Source: an uncultured Candidatus Poseidoniales archaeon
Lineage (GTDB): Archaea > Thermoplasmatota > Poseidoniia > Poseidoniales > Thalassarchaeaceae
Assembly: GCA_964343205.1 (NCBI GenBank)
Contig: CAYFID010000003.1
Location: 1 to 46,580, forward strand
Length of the DNA: 46,580 nucleotides
Direction of reading: 5' to 3'
This document shows positions 35,926 through 45,782 of this stretch, piece by piece (the stretch's first letter is position 1; the number at the start of each line of letters is the position of its first letter). Both the position numbers and the translations under genes were made by a program. The notes under the pieces were generated by a model. The model was not told the DNA's origin, made no database searches, and worked only from the letters and a program-made list of their open reading frames with translations.

Positions 35926-38133
35926 ATGGGTCGTAAGGAAGACAACATTAAGCGTGCCACCGAGGTAATGCACATTCGCGAACGCATCCGCAATCTCGCA
36001 ATCGCAGCCCACATAGATCATGGAAAGACAACCCTATCGGACAATTTGATTGCCGGTGCGGGAATGATGTCAGAGGAGCTAGCGGGCAAATCTCGTGTTC
36101 TGGACTTCGATGATCAGGAAAGCGCCAGAGGAATCACAATCAACGCCGCTAGCGCTTCTATGGTTCACAAAGTGAATGGCGAGGACTACCTGATCAACTT
36201 GATCGATACCCCTGGGCATGTCGACTTCGGTGGTGACGTAACACGTGCTATGAGGGCTGTTGATGGCTGCATAATTTTGACATGTGCCGTAGAAGGGGCG
36301 ATGCCTCAGACCGAGACCGTGGTACGTCAGGCGCTAAAGGAGAAAGTCCGACCGGTCCTGTTCATCAACAAGGTCGACCGCCTGATCAACGAACTACAAG
36401 TAACTCCCGAAGATATGATGGCAAGGTTTCAGGTGCAGATTACAAAGGTTAACGACTTAATCCGGGCCTTCGCTCCAGATGAGCATAAGTCCGACTGGCA
36501 GGTGGATGTCTCGAAGGGAACGGTTGCATTCGGATCTGCTTACCATAACTGGGGAATTACCGTACCATACATGCAGAAGTCCGGAGTAAATTTCACTCAG
36601 ATTTTCGAGTATTGCAACAAAGAGGAACAAAAGGAGCTCGCCAAGAAAGCTCCGGTGCATGAAGTGCTTCTGGATATGGCAGTTGAGAAGCTCCCATCAC
36701 CGCTTGTTGCTCAGGAGTACCGGATTCCAAACATCTGGCAAGGTGAGCTCGAATCAGATGTTGGAAAGTCAATGATAGGATGTGATGCTGACGGACCCCT
36801 ATCCCTGATGATCACGAAGATTTGGATGGACCCTCACGCCGGAGAGGTAGCCGTAGGAAGGGTTTATTCTGGCACAATAAAGCAAGGAGAGAAAGTATGG
36901 GCTATTGGGTCTGCAAAATCTGAGCGAGTCCAACAGGTAAGTATGATGGTGGGAGGGGACAGGATATCAGTCCCCGGCGTATCCGCTGGAAACATTGCAG
37001 CTTTGACAGGCGTAAGGAGTGCGGCTGCTGGAGTCACCATTTCAATGGACCAAGAAGCCACTCCATTCGAGGCTATCAGGCACTATTCGGAGCCAGTGGT
37101 TACAGTTGCAATTGAACCAAAATCAATGAAGGATCTTCCCAAATTCATAGGAGCATTACGAGGTTTGGCAAAGGCAGACGCTTCTCTGTCGGTTGACACA
37201 AACCACGAGACCGGGGAGGCCTTGCTTTCGGGAATGGGCGAGCTTCACCTAGAGATTACCATATACAGGCTCGAAGAGGAGCAGGGAATCAAAGTTAACC
37301 AGAGCAATCCGATTGTCGTGTACAGGGAGTCTATTTCTAGCGATAACAAAGGCAGGGCGTTTGAAGGCAAGTCCCCAAACAGGCACAACAGGTTCTATGT
37401 CGAAGTTGAGCAGTTGCCCGAAGACGTTGTGACCGCCCTGAGAGAGGGGATTTTTGGAGACGGAACGGTGAGAACCAAGGACGCGAAAGAGACGGGAAAC
37501 AAATTCGCTGAATACGGAATGGACAAGGATTTGATGAGGAAGATCTACGCAGTTAACGCAACATCTGTTCTAGTTAACGATACGAAGGGAATACAGAACC
37601 TTCATGAAACCCGCGAATTGATCATTGAGGCATTCAACGATGTATGCAAGAAAGGACCGATTGCGGATGAGCCACTTACCGGCGTATTGGTCAGACTCGT
37701 AGATGCGAAGTTGCACGAAGACGCAATACATAGAGGACCAGCGCAGACCATTCCTGCAGTAAGGAACGCGATCAAAGGCGCACTGATAAGGGCCAATTCG
37801 GTGATGTTTGAGCCAATTCAAAAAATCAGGATTGACGCTCCTACCGAGTGGGCGGGGGGCATCACCCGTCAACTAATAACGAGGAGAGGTGTGATTGAGG
37901 ACATGCCTGTCGAAGGCGATGTCACATGTGTCATAGGAAAAATGCCAGTCGCCGAGTCATTCGGATTTTCAAACGACATCAGGGCCGCTACCCAGGGCAG
38001 GGCAGTCTGGAACACTGAAAATGCAGGTTACGAGCAGGTTCCACCAGACCTATTCCACAAGACAGTAGGTGGCATACGTGAGAGGAAGGGCCTGAAGGAA
38101 GAGATTCCCGGAGAGTCCCAATACACAGATTGA
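35926..38133 (+). CDS. fusA: Elongation factor aEF-2
   Basis: AHIDHGKTT, RGITI, DTPGHVDF, NKVD, diphthamide loop LHEDAIHRG. Confidence 0.98.
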   Translation: MGRKEDNIKRATEVMHIRERIRNLAIAAHIDHGKTTLSDNLIAGAGMMSEELAGKSRVLDFDDQESARGITINAASASMVHKVNGEDYLINLIDTPGHVDFGGDVTRAMRAVDGCIILTCAVEGAMPQTETVVRQALKEKVRPVLFINKVDRLINELQVTPEDMMARFQVQITKVNDLIRAFAPDEHKSDWQVDVSKGTVAFGSAYHNWGITVPYMQKSGVNFTQIFEYCNKEEQKELAKKAPVHEVLLDMAVEKLPSPLVAQEYRIPNIWQGELESDVGKSMIGCDADGPLSLMITKIWMDPHAGEVAVGRVYSGTIKQGEKVWAIGSAKSERVQQVSMMVGGDRISVPGVSAGNIAALTGVRSAAAGVTISMDQEATPFEAIRHYSEPVVTVAIEPKSMKDLPKFIGALRGLAKADASLSVDTNHETGEALLSGMGELHLEITIYRLEEEQGIKVNQSNPIVVYRESISSDNKGRAFEGKSPNRHNRFYVEVEQLPEDVVTALREGIFGDGTVRTKDAKETGNKFAEYGMDKDLMRKIYAVNATSVLVNDTKGIQNLHETRELIIEAFNDVCKKGPIADEPLTGVLVRLVDAKLHEDAIHRGPAQTIPAVRNAIKGALIRANSVMFEPIQKIRIDAPTEWAGGITRQLITRRGVIEDMPVEGDVTCVIGKMPVAESFGFSNDIRAATQGRAVWNTENAGYEQVPPDLFHKTVGGIRERKGLKEEIPGESQYTD

Positions 38134-39822
38134 TCAGTTGATTCTAATCATCTGGAAGTCTGTTAACTCCCTCAACACGTCTAACGCATCGTTTTCCTCA
38201 AGTCTGTCGAGGCATTGATGTGCAAGTGAGTGATGGTGGAGGGCTCTATCTCTGGCATATTCTATTGAGCCCGAGTCATTCAATTCCATCACTGCCATCT
38301 CTAGGTCTTCATCACTGCAATCACCCGAACCGTAGACCTTTTTGAAGAAGGGCATATCGGACTCACACTCCAATGCATGAATGGCAATCAACGTCCTTTT
38401 TCCTTGTACAATATCAGAGCCCGCAGGCTTTCCAAGGGTTTCTGTGTCTCCCGTAATCTCAATCAGATCGTCCATCAATTGGAAACATAGGCCTAGGTTC
38501 AATCCCCAGTCGGCCATGTTGCTTACGATATCATCGTCCGCGTCGGCGAGAATAGCCCCAGTTCTAGCGCATGTTTCGAACATTGCACTGGTTTTACCAG
38601 CAATCATAGCTATGTAATCGTCTTCGGAGACGGACTCACGGTTCTCGAATTCAATATCTTCTTGTTGTCCTTCCGCGACCATTCTGACCATCTCCCCAAT
38701 TGATGTAATTACTTGACCTAGGTGTTTGGATGGAATTTTGCTGGACTCAGCTAGAATCTCGAATCCCACTGCAAGCATCGCGTCTCCTGCATTGATTGCT
38801 GTCGCATCATCGAATGCAACGTGAACCGCATCCAAACCTCTTCTGATGGGGTCCTTGTCAATTATATCGTCATGGATCAAGGTGAAATTATGGATGATTT
38901 CTATTGATGCCCCGAGAGTATAGTGCCCTTCATTCTCTCCCCCGATTGCCTCCCCGACTAGCCTTGGCATTATCGCCCTAAGCCTCTTACCACCACCTTT
39001 GAACAAGTGAGTCATGGCCGAATGAAGGGTTTCTTGCCTCATCTTACTCAAGCTTAACATAATTTCTTCCTCTACCTTATCTCGATGATTAGAAAGTGCT
39101 TGAAGCAGGTTTTGCCCTGGGCTGACTGGTCTCCCGTTCATATCGACTTCTCCACAGTTCACTATTTGACTTATTTTCGAGTTCGCAATTAATTCAGGAT
39201 TGCAGTCGAATGGCTTAGCAAAATTCTCCCAGATTAGCCTGAACCAAGGTGCAATAATCTCGTTCGCCCACTCCCCTTGGCCCAGCATCATTCGATCAAT
39301 TTCATCAGCATCAACCCACAGTACATCCGAGATTTCATTTCTATTTTGATTTATTTTGGTGTCGGCAATTACCACCAAAATGTGATCTATTTCCCTTTCA
39401 ATCCACTCTTTATCCCATCTACATGAGTACTCCATCATACCAATATGGTGGAAGTCCCATCCCTCGGTAGAATCGCTCAAAATCCCAAGCTCCTGCTCTA
39501 GTTTCCGTTTTGCGGCATTTTTTACGCCGTCGCCGTCTAATCTCTCTTCCTTAATGTCGAGTGGATGACTGCAGCAGCTATTTGCCCATACCCCTGGGAA
39601 GGTAATTTTATCCGAGGATCTCTTCTGAATCAGAAGCCTTCCCTTTGAATCAAAAATCAGTACACTGAACGCCCTATGTCGTAGCCCGTTCCCCTGGTGA
39701 CACTCCAGTTTGGACTGGGATCCGACAATATTGTCATGTTCATCAACCAGTAGGCACATTTCACCCATCATCATAGACTGGGTGGAGTCGTGAATTTCGA
39801 GGGCATCCTTTTCTGGGGCCAT
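38134..39822 (-). CDS. Fused type 1 isopentenyl-diphosphate isomerase / geranylgeranyl-diphosphate synthase
   Basis: N-terminal HRAFS, TFPG.WANSCCSHP, EREIDH, APWF; C-terminal GGKRLR, FTLIHDDIID..RRG, GKTS, FQLMDD, GK..GSDI..GK.T. Confidence 0.92.
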   Translation of the reverse strand: MAPEKDALEIHDSTQSMMMGEMCLLVDEHDNIVGSQSKLECHQGNGLRHRAFSVLIFDSKGRLLIQKRSSDKITFPGVWANSCCSHPLDIKEERLDGDGVKNAAKRKLEQELGILSDSTEGWDFHHIGMMEYSCRWDKEWIEREIDHILVVIADTKINQNRNEISDVLWVDADEIDRMMLGQGEWANEIIAPWFRLIWENFAKPFDCNPELIANSKISQIVNCGEVDMNGRPVSPGQNLLQALSNHRDKVEEEIMLSLSKMRQETLHSAMTHLFKGGGKRLRAIMPRLVGEAIGGENEGHYTLGASIEIIHNFTLIHDDIIDKDPIRRGLDAVHVAFDDATAINAGDAMLAVGFEILAESSKIPSKHLGQVITSIGEMVRMVAEGQQEDIEFENRESVSEDDYIAMIAGKTSAMFETCARTGAILADADDDIVSNMADWGLNLGLCFQLMDDLIEITGDTETLGKPAGSDIVQGKRTLIAIHALECESDMPFFKKVYGSGDCSDEDLEMAVMELNDSGSIEYARDRALHHHSLAHQCLDRLEENDALDVLRELTDFQMIRIN

Positions 39823-39858
39823 ACTAACTTGGTGGAGGAGAGATGTGTATATGAAGTC

Positions 39859-40656
39859 TCAACCGGGTAATATCTTGGTCCCGATAGTTTCTCCTGTGCG
39901 TACGAGCTCTAGAATCCTTTCAGGCCGTCTACCGTCTAGTATCCATACTTCTTCGACATCGTTTGAAATTTCGCTAGCCCTCTCTATCTTGAGCATAATT
40001 CCTCCCGTTACATCGATTTCTGATCTGTGTTCGGATTTGAAGTACGTACTCGGGCTCCATGTAGTCAGAAGTTTGGCCCCCCGTTCAGTAGGCGGCTTGT
40101 CCAGTATTCCCTGGGCGTCGCCCATTAAGAATATCGAATGCGTGACTCCGGGCAATTCGGTGGACAGTCTGAGCATTAAATCATCACCAGAGAGAATGCC
40201 AAATTCCACCTCATCTCCAGTATCAACCGCGTCCCCAAAGGTAATTGGAATGGGCAGATTTGATGGACGAATGAAACTTTCCAACGGTCCATCGAAGTCC
40301 TTTCCAGTCCCAATCGCCCACTCTGATGGGGGGAGGCTATCACATTCCAAACCAACTTCTTCTAAACACGATACTACCAAAGAGTTCAGCTCATTCATAT
40401 CAGAACGGATTTGATCAACTGCTTCCCTTTGTTCAGATGAAATATCGGGATTCATACCTCCGGAAATTGCCCATTCTTTTGCAAGAATATGCCCAAATGA
40501 ACCGGCACCGTGGACTACTACAATCGATGCACCTGAGCTGGATAATTTGGAGAGCACAATAGAAACTGCCTGCATGCGTTCTATGTCGAATTTCTTCCAT
40601 TCATCCTTTTTTGTGATTAGGCCCCCGCCCAATTTGACTACAACCCTAGCGCCCAT
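39859..40656 (-). CDS. ipk: Isopentenyl phosphate kinase
   Basis: VKLGGGLIT.K, VHGAGSFGH, GD, ILSGD, DVTGGIMLK; likely ATG 40656. Confidence 0.93.
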   Translation of the reverse strand: MGARVVVKLGGGLITKKDEWKKFDIERMQAVSIVLSKLSSSGASIVVVHGAGSFGHILAKEWAISGGMNPDISSEQREAVDQIRSDMNELNSLVVSCLEEVGLECDSLPPSEWAIGTGKDFDGPLESFIRPSNLPIPITFGDAVDTGDEVEFGILSGDDLMLRLSTELPGVTHSIFLMGDAQGILDKPPTERGAKLLTTWSPSTYFKSEHRSEIDVTGGIMLKIERASEISNDVEEVWILDGRRPERILELVRTGETIGTKILPG

Positions 40657-40741
40657 CTGAAATCTAAGGTCAATGGCCTTGTATTCTAATATTTTCAAAA
40701 TTATGCGTACAGTTTAATCAGAAACACTCGGTGGTCAACAT

Positions 40742-41059
40742 GTGGAATCGGGGTCGGAGTTAGAGCGTCTACAGAGATGGCTTCAATCTGAGTTGGCCGA
40801 AGCCTCTATCCTAGAGGATAGTAAGGATAGGGAAAGGAGGCAAATACAGATTGAGATTGCTATTTCTGAGGTTATCAGGTACAGGGAACTTGTTGGTAGC
40901 ATGGCACTTGTCTCCGCACCATTTGTAGAAAGAGAGGCAAATGTAAGGGCCCCAAGCAACTCAGATGTAAAACCCACCACAAAATCTGGAGAATGCCATT
41001 CATGTGGCGCTTCAAAGAGCAATGATATAGAATTCTGCCCTGTTTGCGGGGAGTTCTAG
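40742..41059 (+). CDS. Small protein with N-terminal helix and C-terminal zinc ribbon
   Basis: CHSCG...FCPVCG. Confidence 0.7.
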   Translation: MESGSELERLQRWLQSELAEASILEDSKDRERRQIQIEIAISEVIRYRELVGSMALVSAPFVEREANVRAPSNSDVKPTTKSGECHSCGASKSNDIEFCPVCGEF

Positions 41060-41749
41060 TCACTCCTCCTCTTCTGTCCATGAATCACGAAGAAGTGATA
41101 GCTCTGGATTATCAGGCTCCACAATGGTGAGGAAATCGCTAGCTACCTTATCAGTAAGGTATACCGTCACACCTGCATGCCATACAGTCTCCCCGGATGC
41201 AGTCATCCTAGCGGTATCAACCTCGATTATAGTGGGATCAGTGTGATGAAAACGACCTGCTTCTGCTGCAGACCTGATTGTAGCGGATAGATGGACATGG
41301 GCCCTGTCTCCAGGACTGATGCCTAAGTCAAGCAGGTTTTCTGCTTCGGCTGGGTCACATGGATAGTAAAGAGAGTCGGGAATGCCTGTCGACGGGAGGT
41401 CCAACTCGATTTCTACGGTGTGGCCGTATGTTGCTCTCATCATGTTCCCCCTGACCTCGTACCTACCTTTGGGATCGGTCTCAGAAATAGCAGAAAGGTG
41501 ATGTGGCCTAAGCCAATGCTGCCTTCTACGGCCATCCTTGAATTTCCTCACAATTTCCCTGACATCTATCCAACCGTTGATATCCATCTCGAGATCAAAT
41601 TTTTCCGGTGCATGCCTTAGCACCAACGCTAGTTTCCTAGCCATGCTGTCTCTCTCTCTCGTGCTCATCACGAACTTGCCTTCTGAGTTGCATGCAGGAC
41701 ATAGGTCATCGTCAGAAAAATATCCGTGCATAGAGCATTCCCTAATCAT
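41060..41749 (-). CDS. kptA: RNA 2'-phosphotransferase (Tpt1/KptA)
   Basis: N-terminal C..H...C..C, LRH.P, MD.NGW, KGRYE, RATYGH, R.HVHLS; likely ATG 41749. Confidence 0.92.
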   Translation of the reverse strand: MIRECSMHGYFSDDDLCPACNSEGKFVMSTRERDSMARKLALVLRHAPEKFDLEMDINGWIDVREIVRKFKDGRRRQHWLRPHHLSAISETDPKGRYEVRGNMMRATYGHTVEIELDLPSTGIPDSLYYPCDPAEAENLLDLGISPGDRAHVHLSATIRSAAEAGRFHHTDPTIIEVDTARMTASGETVWHAGVTVYLTDKVASDFLTIVEPDNPELSLLRDSWTEEEE

Positions 41750-41842
41750 GGGACATCGCCGTAGACGATTACTCAAGAACCCCACGGTCGACAGAATTTT
41801 CGTTCTGGGAACCGTTATGGGCTCCGCTCATGACGAGGGCCC

Positions 41843-42976
41843 GTGAGGGCGGTAATTGCTGATTGGCGACGTTCGCCATTCACTCGAGCTCACAAGGGCG
41901 AGCTTTCTAGCGTAAGGCCAGATGAATTGGCGGCACAGGTGATTAGAGCTCTGATGACAGAGTCTTCCCTGGACCCTACACAAATAGATGACATCATTGT
42001 TGGATGCGCGTATCCTGAGGGCGAGCAGGGTTACAACATTGGTCGAATATTGTCCTTTCTTGGTGAACTCTCACATGAAATCCCAGGGTGTACTGTAAAC
42101 CGACTATGCGGATCATCTATGCAATCTATCCTGAGCGCATCAGCTAACATCATTGCAGGCTTAGGGGATTGCTTCCTATGCGGAGGGCTTGAGTCCATGT
42201 CTAGGGTAAAGAGGAGAGGGTTCAATTGGAGCCCACACCCGCATCTCAAGGAAGAATACCCCGAGGCATATGTGAATATGGGTATTACAGCAGAGAACGT
42301 TGCTTCACTCCATGGTGTATCTAGATTCGAGCAAGAGTCGTTCGCACTAGAATCTCATAGAAAGGCAGCTAAATCCGCTTCGGAGGGCCTATTTTCAGAT
42401 GAGATAGTAACCATTTCAGCTAATGATTCTGAAGTTTCCGTTGATGGGTGCATTAGGCCTGAGACATCACTAGACTCCATGGCCAAATTGAAGCCCGCAT
42501 TCATTGGGGATGGCTCTGTAACTGCTGCAACATCGTCTCCATTGACCGACGGAGCAGTATTCTCTATAGTATGCAGCGAGGATTTCGCAATTTCCCAATC
42601 GCTGTCCCCAATCGCTGCAATTGTGACGGGATCGATAACGGGATGCCCTCCCGATCTGATGGGCCTAGGCCCAATTTCCGCTACTAGGGATGTGTTGTCC
42701 AGGACCGGTTGGCATCTATCTGATGTCGATGTTATCGAATTAAATGAGGCATTTTCCTCTCAGAGCATTGTCTGTATGAATGAACTGGGTTTCGACTCTA
42801 GCAAGATAAACATCGATGGTGGGGCATTAGCAATCGGTCACCCACTTGGTGCATCGGGTGCTAGGATAACATGCAAAGCTGCCAGCATAATGCAACGAAC
42901 CGGTGGAAAGAAGGCTATCGCCACTATGTGTATAGGTGGGGGCATGGGAATGGCGATCGCATTGGAAGCGATATGA
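41843..42976 (+). CDS. Thiolase (acetyl-CoA C-acyltransferase), bacterial type
   Basis: NRLCGSS, MGITAE, ELNEAFS, GHPLGASG, MCIGGGMG. Confidence 0.95.
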   Translation: MRAVIADWRRSPFTRAHKGELSSVRPDELAAQVIRALMTESSLDPTQIDDIIVGCAYPEGEQGYNIGRILSFLGELSHEIPGCTVNRLCGSSMQSILSASANIIAGLGDCFLCGGLESMSRVKRRGFNWSPHPHLKEEYPEAYVNMGITAENVASLHGVSRFEQESFALESHRKAAKSASEGLFSDEIVTISANDSEVSVDGCIRPETSLDSMAKLKPAFIGDGSVTAATSSPLTDGAVFSIVCSEDFAISQSLSPIAAIVTGSITGCPPDLMGLGPISATRDVLSRTGWHLSDVDVIELNEAFSSQSIVCMNELGFDSSKINIDGGALAIGHPLGASGARITCKAASIMQRTGGKKAIATMCIGGGMGMAIALEAI

Positions 42977-43018
42977 GAATCAGCCATCCGACGAACTCAT
43001 GAAGGAGTCAGATCTAGC

Positions 43019-44215
43019 ATGGCCATGAATGGGGATAGAGGTGTTGCAACTCTCAGTAGATGTTTGGAAAGCAAGAACATCATCTTGGCAGTTTCCGGAG
43101 GAATAGCCGCAACTGAGTCAATCAAACTCGCAAGAGAATTGAGGAGACACGGAGCTCACGTAATCCCCATAATGACCCAATCTGCAGAGAAGGTAATTTC
43201 CCCACTAGCACTATCATGGGGTTCGGGATTGGATACCATTACAGATTGGGATCCCCAGATGTCGCAACTCGGTAATTTCGATGGATTGCTGCTCGCACCA
43301 GCAACAAGGAATACAATTTCCAAATTCGTTCACGGAATTCTCGACTCCCCAGTAATGATGGCACTATCTGCCGCGTCTGGTAGGAATACCCCAATGATGT
43401 TCGTACCATCTATGCATGACGATCTATTCGACGATCCTGTGACGGGAGAGTTACTGGAATCACTCGAAAACATGGGGGTATCTGCATTCTACGAAGGGTC
43501 AAATGAAGGGAGGAGAAAACAACCAGATCCAGTAACCATAGTAGCAAACTATAGCCATTTGCTGAACAGTGGTATGCCTGGCAGAAAGACCGTAGCAGTT
43601 ACATTGGGAGCCAATAGGGCCCCCATCGACTCTATTCGGTATGTGCAGAATACTTCTAGTGGTGAGACAGGTTGGTCCATTGCAGAACACCTTCACATGA
43701 TGGGCCATTCTGTTGTTTGCATCGCCGGATATACAACAGCAAAACCAAGATTCCAACTCCCTGATATTAGACATGATTCGACACCAGATGGAATGCTAGC
43801 CATTTCTTCTAAGCTAGCTTGTTCTAGCAATAAACCCGACACTTGGGTGCATGCAGCGGCAATCCTAGATTATATTCCTGAAACCATTGATGGAAAACAC
43901 CCCAGTGGTGATGGAAATTGGCAAATCAATCTGAAGCCCTCCAAAAAGCACATTACAGAGCTTACAAAGCACGTTGGTGGCTCCAAGAGGATTGCCTTCA
44001 AACTGGAGGTTGACTCAGTAGACTCATTGGTCAGCAGGTCCATTGATTTAATTTCTGAAAATGGACTCGACGCTGTTGTGGCAAACCTACTCGCTGAGTC
44101 CGCTGGGGAGGGGGGGAATAGGTGCCGAATAGTATTCCCTAATGGCGAGGTGGACGAAATAGCCGATTTGTCTATTTTGTGTGAATCACTGGAGGCCCTC
44201 ATTTCTTCCGATTGA
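43019..44215 (+). CDS. coaBC: Bifunctional phosphopantothenoylcysteine decarboxylase/synthase
   Basis: VSGGIAA, APATRNTISK, PSMH; IDSIRYVQNTSSG, AAILDY, FKLE, VVAN. Confidence 0.9.
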   Translation: MAMNGDRGVATLSRCLESKNIILAVSGGIAATESIKLARELRRHGAHVIPIMTQSAEKVISPLALSWGSGLDTITDWDPQMSQLGNFDGLLLAPATRNTISKFVHGILDSPVMMALSAASGRNTPMMFVPSMHDDLFDDPVTGELLESLENMGVSAFYEGSNEGRRKQPDPVTIVANYSHLLNSGMPGRKTVAVTLGANRAPIDSIRYVQNTSSGETGWSIAEHLHMMGHSVVCIAGYTTAKPRFQLPDIRHDSTPDGMLAISSKLACSSNKPDTWVHAAAILDYIPETIDGKHPSGDGNWQINLKPSKKHITELTKHVGGSKRIAFKLEVDSVDSLVSRSIDLISENGLDAVVANLLAESAGEGGNRCRIVFPNGEVDEIADLSILCESLEALISSD

Positions 44216-44264
44216 ATGGAATTAGAACGAATGATTGAAGCGAACTGCCTGTGGGGGTTGAAAC

Positions 44265-45782
44265 GTGTCAGAGCCATCCAAGGCCAAAAGGGGTATCCCA
44301 CCTAAGTCCGATTTCAATTCATGGTACCCTTCCATAGTGGAAATCTCTGATTTAGTAGACAAGAGGTATCCAATCAAGGGAATGGACGTTTGGAAACCAT
44401 ACGGGCTCTCTGCAATGTCAAACATTGACAATATTGCCCGCTCCGAGATGTCTAGAACTGGCCATGAAGAATACCGATTTCCACTACTTGTCCCAGAGAG
44501 CCTTCTGGACAAGGAAAACAAGCTCGTTTCGAAACTAAAGGCGGCAAGGGAACACGGAATTGACCCCTCAGAATTAAGGATAGACGAAGAGGAGTCCGGG
44601 TTCAAGAAAGAGGTATACTGGGTGACTCATGGAGGGGAAAATACGCTTGAAATTCCCATGTTCCTGAGACCCACATCTGAGACTCCGATGTATACCATGT
44701 TCTCCCTGTGGGTGCGTAGCCATACAGATCTTCCATTGAAGACTTTCCAAATTGTAAATACATTCAGATATGAGACGAAGCAAACACGTTCCTTCATCAG
44801 AGTGAGAGAGATCCATTTCTTCGAAGCCCATACAGCACATGCCGACAAAGAGGGCGCAGATCTGCAGATTGAGGAAGATGCTGAGATGGTTGGGAGGATT
44901 CTCCATGAGTTATGTCTACCCTCCATGGTCTCGAAAAGGCCTGTTTGGGATACATTCCCTGGAGCCTGGTACACTATGGCAGCGGATGTGGTTATGCCGA
45001 ACGGTAGAACTCTCCAAGTTGCAACATATCATCACTACAGGGACCAATGGGCCAGCGCATTCGACCTATCATATGAGGATAAAAACGGAAATACTCAGAT
45101 GTGCCACCAGACGACATTCGGAATGTCTGAGAGGCTTCTTGGCGCTGTTGTCGGTATGCATGGTGATGACAGCGGCCTGATCATGCCTCCCTCGATAGCT
45201 CCATTCCAAGTAGTGGTTATGCCAGTAGCAGCACATGCAGATGAAAACGTAATCCCAGCTGTCCAATCCCTCGCATCAGAGCTCTCATCTTCAGGTCTGA
45301 GAGTGAAGTTGGACGACAGGGACGTCAGACCCGGGGTCAAACACTACGATTGGGAGATCAAAGGGGTCCCAATTAGGATTGAATTGGGTCCCCGAGACCT
45401 CAAAAGTGGAAAATGCGTAGTTTCGTTAAGGACCGGGGGGAAGTCGGAGATACCTCTTGCAGGCGCTCCCAGTAGTATCAGATCCCTCCTCGACTCAGTC
45501 TCGGATGAGCTACGGACACGGGCAGAATCAGTCGTTTCCCAATTAGTCTCCCCCCTCCCAATTGAGGATAAGAATTCCTCCTCGCCACTAGACGCGGCAC
45601 TCTCTGACGGAGTTGTATACGAAATAGCGTTTGAGGGAAACGATTCAGATGCGGAGTTGTTAGAGAAGAAAACCGGCCTGACTCTACTAGGGGAGAGTGC
45701 CATGGAATTCGATGAGCCAAGACCCTGTGTCGTTACTGGCAAATCAACTACTAAGAGGCAGCACATTGCTCGGATGTACTGA
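44265..45782 (+). CDS. proS: Proline--tRNA ligase (archaeal/eukaryotic type)
   Basis: WY, RYPIKG, LRPTSET, FRYETK.TR.FIRVRE, QTTFGMSER, GVPIRIELGPRD, terminal ARMY. Confidence 0.97.
   Translation: MSEPSKAKRGIPPKSDFNSWYPSIVEISDLVDKRYPIKGMDVWKPYGLSAMSNIDNIARSEMSRTGHEEYRFPLLVPESLLDKENKLVSKLKAAREHGIDPSELRIDEEESGFKKEVYWVTHGGENTLEIPMFLRPTSETPMYTMFSLWVRSHTDLPLKTFQIVNTFRYETKQTRSFIRVREIHFFEAHTAHADKEGADLQIEEDAEMVGRILHELCLPSMVSKRPVWDTFPGAWYTMAADVVMPNGRTLQVATYHHYRDQWASAFDLSYEDKNGNTQMCHQTTFGMSERLLGAVVGMHGDDSGLIMPPSIAPFQVVVMPVAAHADENVIPAVQSLASELSSSGLRVKLDDRDVRPGVKHYDWEIKGVPIRIELGPRDLKSGKCVVSLRTGGKSEIPLAGAPSSIRSLLDSVSDELRTRAESVVSQLVSPLPIEDKNSSSPLDAALSDGVVYEIAFEGNDSDAELLEKKTGLTLLGESAMEFDEPRPCVVTGKSTTKRQHIARMY

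Noticed and set aside
43019-43560. Flavoprotein domain as the UbiX partner of UbiD
   Set aside because: It is fused to a CoaB domain and has CoaC-type motifs, so it is CoaBC.
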